Source: Candidatus Omnitrophota bacterium (GTDB lineage Bacteria > Omnitrophota > Gorgyraeia > Zapsychrales > Fredricksoniimonadaceae). From it: a stretch of DNA of 64,000 bases. Numbering within the stretch: position 1 is the stretch's first letter; each line of letters opens with the position of its first letter. Position numbers and translations under genes: made by a program. The notes beneath the pieces were generated by a model. The model did no database searches. It worked only from the letters and a program-made list of their open reading frames with translations, and was not told the DNA's origin. Shown piece by piece: positions 1-8,832 of this stretch. Location: assembly GCA_903944345.1 (NCBI GenBank), contig CAJARJ010000014.1:64990-128989 (forward strand), read 5' to 3'.

Positions 1-419
1 CTGGCACGAATCGAATTGACAGTAAGAAATCCTAGGCTGGGAGGACAATCGATAACAATATAATCATAACTGTTCTTGATGCCTTCAAGAATATCAAACA
101 GCTTGGTCTCGCGGCCAATCTCGTCGGCCAGCTCCTGCTCGAGAGTTCCAACCAGGACATTGGAGGGGACAATATCAAAATTGGCTTCGACTTTCTGAAT
201 AATATCACGAATGGCCAGCTTGCGCGGAGTCAGACGGGAAATAACATTATAAATACTGTTCTTGTCGTCGCGGTTGAGGCCAAGCGTCGCATGAGCCTGG
301 GGATCGAGATCAATCAGCAGAGTACGCTTGCCGTTCGACGCCAGCGATGACACGAGGTTAATTGCCGTCGTTGTCTTGCCGCAACCGCCTTTTTGGTTCG
401 CCACTGTTATGATCTTCAT
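1..419 (-). CDS. ParA/Soj-family P-loop ATPase (partial; C-terminus lies beyond the left edge)
   Basis: Reverse complement of 419..1 translates to MKIITVANQKGGCGKTTTAINLVSSLASNGKRTLLIDLDPQAHATLGLN... This carries the deviant Walker A motif KGGxGKT typical of ParA/MinD. ATG at 419..417. The reading frame runs off the window. Confidence 0.8.
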   Translation of the reverse strand, partial: MKIITVANQKGGCGKTTTAINLVSSLASNGKRTLLIDLDPQAHATLGLNRDDKNSIYNVISRLTPRKLAIRDIIQKVEANFDIVPSNVLVGTLEQELADEIGRETKLFDILEGIKNSYDYIVIDCPPSLGFLTVNSIRA

Positions 420-435
420 TAGTCCAGTCCCCCTG

Positions 436-1017
436 CTAGTTTGAAAAACTTATATTGTCTATTAGAACCGTGCCTGTTGCACGTTGGGCATTCCAGGCCT
501 CAATCACAAAAGAAATTTCTTTTAAACTGCTCCAGTCCGTAATATCCAGCTTGTCGAACGGAACCGAAAAATTCTGCCAGCGGGTCGTAATGCCCTGAAA
601 GTAATATGAGGCCCGCTCGTTACGGGCATTAACCAGAACCAGCTTGACCACTCCCGGATTGCCCCCCTCTGAAGCCTTGAGGGCCACATTCAGACGACGA
701 AAACCGGACACGTCAATATCGGAAATCGGAAAACTCAAATCCTTGATCTGCGGATTTCCGTCGGCCTGCATATAATTCAGGCGTACCGGAGAGTTACTCA
801 AAGAATAAATAACCCGGCTGCGTAAATCATCGTGCCGACGAGCAAGAAAAGCCGTTAAACCGTAAACCACGCTGACTAAAATAAAGGCCGTGATCACCAC
901 ATTGATCACATTAGCCACGCGCGGCCGTTTGACCGGAATTTCTTTTACATCGACTACGCTTTCGCGCTTATCCAGATAAACTCTGGCCAAATGGTCATAA
1001 ATCTCGTCACGAGTCAT
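436..1017 (-). CDS. Hypothetical membrane-anchored protein (short cytoplasmic N-terminus, one TM helix, beta-rich C-terminal domain)
   Basis: 193-aa ORF with an ATG start (MTRDEIYD). Hydrophobic segment VINVVITAFILVSVVYGLTAFLA. Lies immediately upstream of the ParA-like gene with a 16-nt gap. No recognisable family. Confidence 0.5.
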   Translation of the reverse strand: MTRDEIYDHLARVYLDKRESVVDVKEIPVKRPRVANVINVVITAFILVSVVYGLTAFLARRHDDLRSRVIYSLSNSPVRLNYMQADGNPQIKDLSFPISDIDVSGFRRLNVALKASEGGNPGVVKLVLVNARNERASYYFQGITTRWQNFSVPFDKLDITDWSSLKEISFVIEAWNAQRATGTVLIDNISFSN

Positions 1018-1170
1018 ACTGCCTGCTACTGCCGTGCTTTTCTCCCGACGGAGAATGTTTTTATGAAGGAGGATTTCTTTTGTTGTTTTTATATTAACAA
1101 ATTAATATTAATTTCAAAACAATAAATAATAAATTTTAGCCTCTTTTTGTGCTGAAAAATCTCCGACGGA

Positions 1171-1215
1171 GAAAAAAGAAAAACCCCCGGGGTTTTATTC
1201 CCGGGGGCTTTTTAA
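1171..1215. terminator. Bidirectional rho-independent terminator (GC hairpin flanked by A-run and T-run)
   Basis: gaaaaaagaaaaa-CCCCCGGGGttttattCCCGGGGG-ctttttaa. On the minus strand the hairpin is followed by a U-run, 22 nt downstream of the porin-like gene stop at 1237. Confidence 0.6.
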
Positions 1216-1236
1216 CAACGCCTGCGTGCCTTTTTA

Positions 1237-2571
1237 TTAGAAAAGAACGCTGACGCTGGTGAGCAACTGACTGGCATCTTTGTTGTCAGGTGTCACGTAG
1301 TTCTTGCCTCTGACGAAATAGCCGGCGCTCATGCCAAGCTTGACATCTTCGGTATAAGCATACGTTACATCCAGATCCACTTCGGTGCCCATGTACTTGC
1401 TGGAATTGCGAACGTTCGGAGCGACGCCCTGGAACGCTAACTTTTCGGCTAACCAGAGACCGTTGACAGAGAACTTGGTCACGACATCCTGAACCGGGGT
1501 CAGCTCGAAGCTGGCCTGAGCCACCTGCGCATTACTAACACCAAGACCTTCGGAGTAGAAAATACGACCGGCGTTCTGATCGCCAAACATGGCATCCCAA
1601 CCGCGACGATTCTTCACGTTGTCATCAAGAGTCGCCGAAGGATTAGAATCAGGATTACCGGAAAGATACGTATAAGCAAGACCCAGAGAAGGCTTCATGT
1701 CATCCATCATCGGAAGAGCATAGTCCACCTTGGCTTGCAGAGCATAAGCACCCTTAAGTGACTGTGAGGAATTCGAGTTCGTATCGTTGTATTGACCAAT
1801 CTGATACGCACCCTCGATCTGAGCATGAACACCCTCGATCGGATTGCTGCTCAAACGCAGACCAGGAACATAAACAGTTTCGGTCTTGCCCTTGGGATCA
1901 GCGCCTGCACCACGGTCATCGGTACCGTTGTCAATTTTGACAAAAGTATAAGCCTCAACAACAGAATCCTTGCTGTCGCCGACCTTGTAGTTGGCATTGA
2001 CACCATACAGATTCACGTTGTCGCGAGTAGCCGTTACAGACTCGCCGGTTGTGTTATTGGTAACGCGGGACGCAATCATATCGATGGTCAAAGCATCATA
2101 GCTGAGTACAGCCTTGATCGCATCGAAATTGACGCCACCGGTCAGGTCACTGACAGAAGCTACAGCTGCATCGCCGTAACCATCTCCGTCAGCAATGATC
2201 AGACCATTACCATAATACAAAGGCTGACGACCAACCGTCACGGTCAAAGGAGCATAAAGCATTTCCTTCATGGTGACATAGGCCGCATCCAGGTTGAAGT
2301 CCGTATTGGAAGCATCGTTGTCTCCCCAGATTCTCTCGTTAGCAAGAGAAATATAGGTGGACACATTGTCGGTCAAATCAGCGCCGACGTTCAAATTGAC
2401 CTGGGACAGAATTTCGTTCAGGCTGCCGCGCTGGGCATTCTCGTTGAAGTTTGAACGAATAACTGAAGTGGTCTTGAGTCCGCCGCCAACCTTGACGTTC
2501 TGGACTGCAGCGAATGACGGGGTCGCAACCAGTGCGAGCGCCGCCACGGCTAACATCATTTTCTTGATCAT
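1237..2571 (-). CDS. Outer-membrane beta-barrel protein (porin-like; signal peptide, C-terminal Phe)
   Basis: ATG at 2571 is preceded by a perfect SD AAAGGAG (6-nt spacer). Signal peptide MIKKMMLAVAALALVATPSFA. Alternating amphipathic beta-strand pattern, ends ...SVSVLF. The ORF-track start at 2589 is an upstream in-frame codon without an SD. Confidence 0.6.
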   Translation of the reverse strand: MIKKMMLAVAALALVATPSFAAVQNVKVGGGLKTTSVIRSNFNENAQRGSLNEILSQVNLNVGADLTDNVSTYISLANERIWGDNDASNTDFNLDAAYVTMKEMLYAPLTVTVGRQPLYYGNGLIIADGDGYGDAAVASVSDLTGGVNFDAIKAVLSYDALTIDMIASRVTNNTTGESVTATRDNVNLYGVNANYKVGDSKDSVVEAYTFVKIDNGTDDRGAGADPKGKTETVYVPGLRLSSNPIEGVHAQIEGAYQIGQYNDTNSNSSQSLKGAYALQAKVDYALPMMDDMKPSLGLAYTYLSGNPDSNPSATLDDNVKNRRGWDAMFGDQNAGRIFYSEGLGVSNAQVAQASFELTPVQDVVTKFSVNGLWLAEKLAFQGVAPNVRNSSKYMGTEVDLDVTYAYTEDVKLGMSAGYFVRGKNYVTPDNKDASQLLTSVSVLF

Positions 2572-2797
2572 GTGATCTCCTTTAAACATATTAGCTATCT
2601 AGTTTGACTAGTTATTTACAAGTGATCCCTATAAACGATGCCCCCTGATCGTGCAATGCAAAAATGCCGGAATGGATTCTCCCCTCCTTTCTTGACCAGA
2701 CTAGGAACATCACAGGGTTAAGGTTGAGGTTATTTTGTCACCAGGATTTTACACTGTCAAAGGAAAACTGAAAAAAATTAACAGCAGAAAAAAGAAA

Positions 2798-2870
2798 CGC
2801 CCCCGGGCCGACTCGAACGGCCACAACAGCCTTAGGAGAGCCGTGCTCTATCCTGTTGAGCTACGGGGGC
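2798..2870 (-). tRNA. tRNA-Arg (anticodon CCU), 73 nt, CCA not encoded
   Basis: Reverse complement is GCCCCCGTAGCTCAACAGGATAGAGCACGGCTCTCCTAAGGCTGTTGTGGCCGTTCGAGTCGGCCCGGGGGCG. Acceptor stem GCCCCCG/CGGGGGC. D-stem GCTC/GAGC. T-arm GGCCG-TTCGAGT-CGGCC. Anticodon loop CTCCTAA, giving CCT. The anticodon stem has two G-U pairs. Confidence 0.8.
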
Positions 2871-2877
2871 ATTGAAA

Positions 2878-3588
2878 TTAACGACTGGCTTGATGCAAGG
2901 ACTGCAGATACTCCGCCGGAGGGTTATACCCCAGTTTCCGGGCTTTATCAAGATAAAATTCCGCATCCGCAATTTGCCCGCTCTGAAAAGAAAGGATGGA
3001 AAGATTGACAAAAGCGTCCTGATGAGACGGATTAACCGCAACCGCTTTACGATAATACTCGATGGCCCGCTCCTGATTTCCCAAACGGGCAAAAACATTA
3101 CCGGTATTATAAAAAAGTTCTGCGCTGTCCACGCCCCGCTCCTCGGCCTGGAGATACCATTCCAGCGCATCCTGGAACTTAAGAGCGCTTTCCTTGATAT
3201 AGCCGACATGAAAATAAATTTCTGGATTCTGGAAACGAAGCTCAACCGCTTTTAGATAATACTCTTCGGATCTGGAAGGAAGATTCAGCTTGAAATACAA
3301 AGCCCCTAAATGGAAATAGGGTTCCGGACGAGCCGGCCAGCGCGCAATGACCGCCTCGAAGGCCGCAACCGCTTCGGGATACCGCTCCCTGGCCTTGAAA
3401 TCCCCCGCTTCGCTGAGCATCCGGTTGAACTCGGCCTCGTCCGCCTGGGCGGAGTCTTTTTTGCCAAAAACTTTCTGCCCCACACCAGCCGCACAGCCGC
3501 GACCGCCCAGATTCAGAGCAAACAGAGCTCCTGCAATCGAAACTGCGGCCCACACAAAGACCGTTTTACGGGAGAGGTTTAATGACAT
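2878..3588 (-). CDS. TPR-repeat protein with N-terminal signal/anchor
   Basis: Repeated 34-aa TPR-like units (AEFNRMLSEAGDFKARERYPEAVAAFEAVIA..., YFHLGALYFKLNLPSRSEEYYLKAVEL..., NTGNVFARLGNQERAIEYYRKAVAVNP...). N-terminus MSLNLSRKTVFVWAAVSIAGALFA. Start chosen at the ATG (MSLNL) rather than the first in-frame codon, which abuts the apt stop. Confidence 0.65.
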   Translation of the reverse strand: MSLNLSRKTVFVWAAVSIAGALFALNLGGRGCAAGVGQKVFGKKDSAQADEAEFNRMLSEAGDFKARERYPEAVAAFEAVIARWPARPEPYFHLGALYFKLNLPSRSEEYYLKAVELRFQNPEIYFHVGYIKESALKFQDALEWYLQAEERGVDSAELFYNTGNVFARLGNQERAIEYYRKAVAVNPSHQDAFVNLSILSFQSGQIADAEFYLDKARKLGYNPPAEYLQSLHQASR

Positions 3589-3605
3589 ACCGGATGACAC
3601 CAGGA

Positions 3606-4127
3606 TCAATACTTAATAGCAGAATAAACAGGATACCCTTTGAGCTTTTTTCTTCCCTCAAGAAAGGCCAGTTCAATAATAAAACCGATCCCCGCAATCC
3701 GGGCGCTTTGTCCACGAACAAGACGAATGACAGCCTCAACCGTTCCTCCGGTGGCCAAAAGATCGTCCACAATCAGAACCCGGTCACCTTTTTTAAAAGC
3801 ATCCACATGAATTTCAAGTGTATCCGCACCATATTCAAGATCGTAAGTTACTGAATCTGTTTTATAAGGAAGCTTGCCTTTCTTGCGCACCGGAACAAAG
3901 CCCGCACCCAGGCAACAGGCCAAAGCAGAGGCAAAAATAAACCCGCGCGATTCCACCGCAACCACGTATTTGATCTTCTCTTTCCGGAAGGCTTTAGCCA
4001 AAAGAGCCACGGATGCTTTAAGAGCGGCAGGATCCTTGAGTAAAGGAGTAATATCTTTAAAGATAATACCCGGTTTTGGGAAATCGGGGATATCGCGAAC
4101 AAATTTTTTAAGATCGATGGCCGCCAT
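3606..4127 (-). CDS. apt: Adenine phosphoribosyltransferase
   Basis: MAAIDLKKFVRDIPDFPKPGIIFKDITPLL...VLIVDDLLATGGT (PRPP-binding motif). ATG at 4127 preceded by GGAGG. Confidence 0.85.
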   Translation of the reverse strand: MAAIDLKKFVRDIPDFPKPGIIFKDITPLLKDPAALKASVALLAKAFRKEKIKYVVAVESRGFIFASALACCLGAGFVPVRKKGKLPYKTDSVTYDLEYGADTLEIHVDAFKKGDRVLIVDDLLATGGTVEAVIRLVRGQSARIAGIGFIIELAFLEGRKKLKGYPVYSAIKY

Positions 4128-4141
4128 CCTTGCCTCCAGCA

Positions 4142-5044
4142 CTATTTAATAGAAGAAGCCGTACGCCCTTTGACCAGTTTGGCCTGCATCACGGTTTTGA
4201 CCGGAAGCTTGGCTAATCCCAGGCTGATCTGATACAGATTTTCCAGGCCCAAACGCGCCATATCCATAAGCGGCTGTTCCACCGTGGTCAGATGGACAGG
4301 CGAATGCATGGTGGTCAAATTATTATCAAAACCGACGACCGAAAGATTTCCGGGAACAGAAAATCCCAGTTCACCGGCACAGGCCACCACTTCCAGAGCC
4401 ATCAGGTCACTGGCAGCAAAAACCGCAGTAGGACGATCCTGCATCTTGAGCAAAGACATAGCCGCGGTTCTGGCCGGAGTGCGCAGAAAACCACCCTTCT
4501 TGACCAGGTGCTTGTCCCGGTCTATTCCGGCAGCAGCCAGCCCCTCGTAATACCCCTCGAGACGGTCAAAGCCGGCCTGGGTTTCAAGGTTGCCGGCAAT
4601 ATGCGCTATGCGACGATGACCCAGTCCGCACAGATATTTAACCACATCCCGCGCGGCCGAACGATTGTCAATAGAAATACAATTATAAGGTTCGGGGGTG
4701 GCATTATTCAAAACAATAGCAGGAATGGCATTGCTGATCGCCTGACGGACAACACCCCAGTCGCGGTCAATATCGGCAAAAATGATACCGTCGACAAAAT
4801 AAGGATCCAGCAAGGTGGGCATAAGCCACTGCGAATGATCCTTGCGGTCGCAGAAAGTCACCAAAATGTCGACTCCCAGCCGGTTGGCGGCAAGGTTTAT
4901 CCCTTTGGTGATTTCTCCGGCGAAAAGCGAATTGCCAAAGTCCTCGAAACGCGGGATCATCAAAACAAAAAGCGGTTTTCTATTTTTCGCTGAGGGTCTT
5001 TTTTTCCGGATCTGAACCATTAGGCCGTCCTTTATCCTGTTCAT
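4142..5044 (-). CDS. LacI-family periplasmic-binding-fold (ligand-binding) protein lacking the N-terminal HTH DNA-binding domain
   Basis: 300 aa. Sequence from PLFVLMIPRFEDFGNSLFAGEITKGINLAAN onwards matches the LacI/PurR sugar-binding core. Only about 23 residues precede it (MNRIKDGLMVQIRKKRPSAKNRK), which is too short for the roughly 55-aa HTH. The ATG at 5044 overlaps the 3' end of the sigma-factor gene by 65 nt. Confidence 0.6.
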   Translation of the reverse strand: MNRIKDGLMVQIRKKRPSAKNRKPLFVLMIPRFEDFGNSLFAGEITKGINLAANRLGVDILVTFCDRKDHSQWLMPTLLDPYFVDGIIFADIDRDWGVVRQAISNAIPAIVLNNATPEPYNCISIDNRSAARDVVKYLCGLGHRRIAHIAGNLETQAGFDRLEGYYEGLAAAGIDRDKHLVKKGGFLRTPARTAAMSLLKMQDRPTAVFAASDLMALEVVACAGELGFSVPGNLSVVGFDNNLTTMHSPVHLTTVEQPLMDMARLGLENLYQISLGLAKLPVKTVMQAKLVKGRTASSIK

Positions 5045-5834
5045 CCGCGATCTGGCGCATTTTTATCAAAATAGAACCTTCAAGCTGGCGAACCCGTTCC
5101 CGGGAGATGCCCATAACGTCCGCAATCTGTGCCAGTGTTTTGGGGTCCCCGTCTCCCAACCCGAAACGCATCTGCATGATCTGACGCTCGCGTTCAGGCA
5201 ATTTTTCCAGAATGTATTCAGCCCGCTCCTTGTTAAGGAACGTTTCCAGCTGCTCGTCGGGCGAAGCCAGGCTTTCATCCTCGATAATATCCTTGACCTG
5301 ACCGTCGCCGTCTTCTCCGATAGGTGCATCCAAACTCGCCATCTTGGTGATGGCCTGATCCAGTTCGCGCACCTTGTCGATGGTCGTTTGCAAACGCTTG
5401 GCCACTTCCCCGTACTGCGGCTTTCGCCCAAGCTTTTGTGTCAGCATTTCAACAGCTTTGCGATACTTGACAATTTCCTCATTCATGTAAACCGGAACAC
5501 GAATCATCTTACCCTGATCAATAATGGAACGGGAAATGCCCTGCTTGATCCACCAGGCCGAATAGGTCGAAAAACGATACCCCTTTTCCGGATCAAACTT
5601 ATCGACCGAACGCATTAACCCGATATTCCCTTCCTCAATAAGATCGCTGAGAGGAATGCCGAGATTGGTATACCGCTTGGCGATGGAAATCACCAGTCGC
5701 AAGTTGGCCCGAATCATATGATCCCGGGCTTCCCGGTCGCCTTTCTGCACCCGGCGAGCCAGCGTAACCTCTTCTTCGGCAGTTAACAACGCGATCGGAC
5801 GAACGTCTTTAAGATAGGCTTTTATTGGGTCCAT
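4980..5834 (-). CDS. RNA polymerase sigma factor, sigma-70 family (RpoD/RpoS-like, regions 1.2-4 present)
   Basis: ATG at 5834 (MDPIKAYLKDV). Region 2 RANLRLVISIAKRYTNLGIPLSDLIEEGNIGLMRSVDKFDPEKGYRFSTYSAWWIKQGISRSI. Region 4 LAQIADVMGISRERVRQLE. The ORF-track start at 5885 is a GTG. Confidence 0.8.
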   Translation of the reverse strand: MDPIKAYLKDVRPIALLTAEEEVTLARRVQKGDREARDHMIRANLRLVISIAKRYTNLGIPLSDLIEEGNIGLMRSVDKFDPEKGYRFSTYSAWWIKQGISRSIIDQGKMIRVPVYMNEEIVKYRKAVEMLTQKLGRKPQYGEVAKRLQTTIDKVRELDQAITKMASLDAPIGEDGDGQVKDIIEDESLASPDEQLETFLNKERAEYILEKLPERERQIMQMRFGLGDGDPKTLAQIADVMGISRERVRQLEGSILIKMRQIADEQDKGRPNGSDPEKKTLSEK

Positions 5835-5910
5835 AATTCCAGTTCGGCTAAAAGGATACGGGCGCGCGCGAAAGACATCTTTCACGCACGCCCGTATTGT
5901 AACTCATTTT

Positions 5911-8709
5911 TTACTTTTTACCCGTTTTTTTACCCGTTTTTTTAACAGGACCCGCTGCCTTGATCTCAACCGCAGCCTGGGCCGCAGCAAGACGGGCAAT
6001 CGGAACGCGGTACGGAGAGCATGACACATAATTCATGCCGGCTCTCACGCAGAACTTGACACTGGCCGCTTCACCACCGTGCTCGCCGCAGATACCGACC
6101 TTGAGGTCCTTGCGGGTGGCGCGCCCGCGCTCAATACCATACTTGACCAGAAGTCCGACACCACTCTGGTCGAGGCTCTGGAAGGGATCATCCTTGAAGA
6201 TCGCCTTGCCGCCGTCTTTCTCGGAAGCAACATAAACCGGAAGAAAACGTCCGGCATCATCGCGGGAAAGACCGAGTGTCATCTGGGTCAGGTCATTGGT
6301 TCCGAACGAGAAGAACTCGGCCACTTCAGCCAGCTCATTGGCGAGCAAAGCCGCGCGCGGAATCTCGATCATGGTTCCGACCATGTACTTGACCTTGGAC
6401 TTAGACTCCCGGATCAGGCGATCCGCGATCTCTCGGGTCTGAACTTCAAGCAGCTTGAGCTCTTTCTTGTCGATGGTCAGAGGATGCATGATCTCGGGCA
6501 GAACCTTGACACCTTCCTTTGATGCCTTGATAGCCGCTTCGATGATCGCGGTCACCTGCATTTCAAGAATCTCGGGATAAGTGATGCACAAACGGCAACC
6601 GCGATGACCGAGCATCGGATTGGACTCGTGCAGCTGTTCACAACGATGACGAATCTGGTCAGCGCTGAGCCCCGTGATCCGGGAAAGCTTTTCGACTCCG
6701 GCATCATCTTTGGGAGTAAATTCGTGCAACGGCGGATCAATAAGACGGATCGTGACCGGCTTGCCATCCATGGCCTTGAAAATGCCATAGAAGTCTTCAC
6801 GCTGGATCGGCAGGAGTTTGCCCAATGCCTTTTTGCGCGTTTCGAGAGTTTCGGCAACAATCATTTCCTGGATCGCCAGACGGCGCTCTTCGGTATCGAA
6901 GAACATGTGCTCGGTACGGCAAAGACCGATACCTTCAGCTCCCATCTCCAGCGCTTTTTTTGCGTCGTAAGGAGTGTCGGCATTTGTACGCACATTGATC
7001 GTGCGAATCTGGTCGGCCCACTTGAGAATGGTGCTGTAAGCTTCCGGCAGTTCCGGATCCTTGAGCGGCAGATCACCGATATAAACTTCACCGGCAGATC
7101 CGTCGAGAGTAAGATAATCCCCCTGCTTGATGGTCTTTCCGCCAACAACCATCTGCTTGGTTTCATAGTTGATATTAAGCGCTTCACAACCGACAACGCA
7201 GCACTTGCCCCAGCCGCGCGCCACAACCGCCGCGTGAGAAGTTTTCCCGCCCGTCGCAGTAAGAATACCCTTGGCCGCGTGCATACCGCCTACATCCTCG
7301 GGGCTTGTTTCCTTGCGAACCAGAATAACTTTCTCACCCTTGGCAGCCATTTCTTCGGCTTCCGCCGCAGTAAACACAACTTTTCCAGCCGCCGCTCCGG
7401 GAACCGCATTGATACCCGAAGCAATCCTGGCATCTTTAAGCTGCTGGACAGAAACCTTCTTGCCGTCAATAACCGGATAGAAAAGACGTTCGATATCATC
7501 GGAACTCAGACGGCAGACCGCCTCTTCCTTGGTGATAACCGATTTAACCGCCATATCAGCATACTTCTTGGGCAAATACCCCTTCTTGACCAGATCCGCA
7601 GCCTGGGCCTTGCTCAAAAGCGGCTTGGTGGCATGATCCAGTGCAATCTGGAACGCTGCCGCCGGAGAACGTTTTCCGGTACGGCACTGCAACATATAAA
7701 GCTGCTCGTCCTCGATAGTAAATTCGAGATCCTGCATTTCCTTATAGTAGGACTCCAGAATGGCGCGCACAGCCAGAAGCTGGTCATAAACCTTGGGCAT
7801 CTGCTGCTTGAGCGTCTCGAGCTTGAGCGGTGTGCGAATACCCGCCACAACGTCCTCACCCTGCGCATTGATCAGGTAATCTCCGTAAAACACATTCTCC
7901 CCGGTATTCGGGTCGCGGGTAAAACAGACACCGGTTCCGGAATTATCGCCCTTGTTGCCAAACACCATCTGCACGACGTTGACCGCGGTCCCCTTGAGGT
8001 CGCTGATCTTTTCGACGCGGCGATAAGTGACGGCTTTCTCGGCTTCCCAGCTGTTAAAAACCGCCATGATGGCGCCCCACAACTGTTTGTAGGGATCCTG
8101 GGGAAACTCCTCGCCCTTGTTCTTCTTGTAAAAATCCTTGAACTGCTGACAAAGCTCCTTGAGCTTCTCGGCAGGAATCTCGGGGTCATTCTTGATACCG
8201 AGATCATGTTTCATCTGGTGCAAGAGATCTTCCATCGGCTGTTTGGAAAGGCCCATCGCCGTGGCAGAAAACATCTGGATAAAGCGGCGGTAGGAATCGT
8301 AGGCAAAACGCGGATTACCGGTCTTGGCCGCCAAACCCTCGACACTCTTGTCGTTAAGACCAAGATTAAGAATCGTTTCGAGCATACCCGGCATCGAACG
8401 GGCTGCGCCGGAACGGACAGACACCAGAAGAGGATCCTTGGAATCGCCCAGTTTCTTTCCGGTGTTCTTTTCGAGTTTCTTGACCGCATCCAGAACTTCC
8501 TTCTCGAGAGACTTGGGCAGTTTACGTCCAAGCTTGTAATACTCTTCACAGGTCTGGATGGTGACCGTAAAACCTGCCGGAACCGGGATGCCGATGGACG
8601 TCATTTCCATAAGGCCGATACCCTTGCCGCCAAGCACGCTCTTGCTCAGCTCCGCGCCCTTGGCTTCTGCCTTGCCGGCGCCGTACGAGTAAACATGTTT
8701 TGTTGCCAT
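5911..8709 (-). CDS. ppdK: Pyruvate, phosphate dikinase
   Basis: MATKHVYSYGAGKAEAKGAELSKSVLGGKGIGLMEMTSIGIPVPAGFTV... continuing through the PEP-utilizing and TIM-barrel regions (GGKTSHAAVVARGWGKCCVVG). ATG at 8709 preceded by SD GGAGAG. C-terminus carries a KKTGKKTGKK tandem repeat. Confidence 0.9.
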   Translation of the reverse strand: MATKHVYSYGAGKAEAKGAELSKSVLGGKGIGLMEMTSIGIPVPAGFTVTIQTCEEYYKLGRKLPKSLEKEVLDAVKKLEKNTGKKLGDSKDPLLVSVRSGAARSMPGMLETILNLGLNDKSVEGLAAKTGNPRFAYDSYRRFIQMFSATAMGLSKQPMEDLLHQMKHDLGIKNDPEIPAEKLKELCQQFKDFYKKNKGEEFPQDPYKQLWGAIMAVFNSWEAEKAVTYRRVEKISDLKGTAVNVVQMVFGNKGDNSGTGVCFTRDPNTGENVFYGDYLINAQGEDVVAGIRTPLKLETLKQQMPKVYDQLLAVRAILESYYKEMQDLEFTIEDEQLYMLQCRTGKRSPAAAFQIALDHATKPLLSKAQAADLVKKGYLPKKYADMAVKSVITKEEAVCRLSSDDIERLFYPVIDGKKVSVQQLKDARIASGINAVPGAAAGKVVFTAAEAEEMAAKGEKVILVRKETSPEDVGGMHAAKGILTATGGKTSHAAVVARGWGKCCVVGCEALNINYETKQMVVGGKTIKQGDYLTLDGSAGEVYIGDLPLKDPELPEAYSTILKWADQIRTINVRTNADTPYDAKKALEMGAEGIGLCRTEHMFFDTEERRLAIQEMIVAETLETRKKALGKLLPIQREDFYGIFKAMDGKPVTIRLIDPPLHEFTPKDDAGVEKLSRITGLSADQIRHRCEQLHESNPMLGHRGCRLCITYPEILEMQVTAIIEAAIKASKEGVKVLPEIMHPLTIDKKELKLLEVQTREIADRLIRESKSKVKYMVGTMIEIPRAALLANELAEVAEFFSFGTNDLTQMTLGLSRDDAGRFLPVYVASEKDGGKAIFKDDPFQSLDQSGVGLLVKYGIERGRATRKDLKVGICGEHGGEAASVKFCVRAGMNYVSCSPYRVPIARLAAAQAAVEIKAAGPVKKTGKKTGKK

Positions 8710-8832
8710 ACTACTGCTCTCCTTTTTTTTAGGCCTGGCCGGGCGGTTCAAGCGCCCAACCTTACATTCCCTGCGAACAGAAAAGATACCTGATCTTCTC
8801 TGTCACAATAAACCGGAATGAGCGCCCGGACA

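Noticed and set aside
2590-2900. Integrated element at the tRNA-Arg gene
   Set aside because: tRNAs are common integration sites, but the flanks carry only a TPR gene and a porin gene. There is no integrase, no direct repeat of the tRNA 3' end, and no compositional shift.
5911-5945. Tandem repeat tttacccgtttt x2 near the ppdK stop
   Set aside because: It is in-frame coding repeat producing a KKTGKKTGKK C-terminal tail. It is not a regulatory or mobile-element repeat.
6604-8793. 729-aa plus-strand ORF, and the similar long antisense ORFs at 9034-10323, 12100-12954 and 33432-34859
   Set aside because: These are shadow ORFs antisense to ppdK, glyQS, the GH5 gene and ileS. They are low complexity and Arg/Gly/His-rich, as expected from reverse-frame translation of GC-rich coding DNA.
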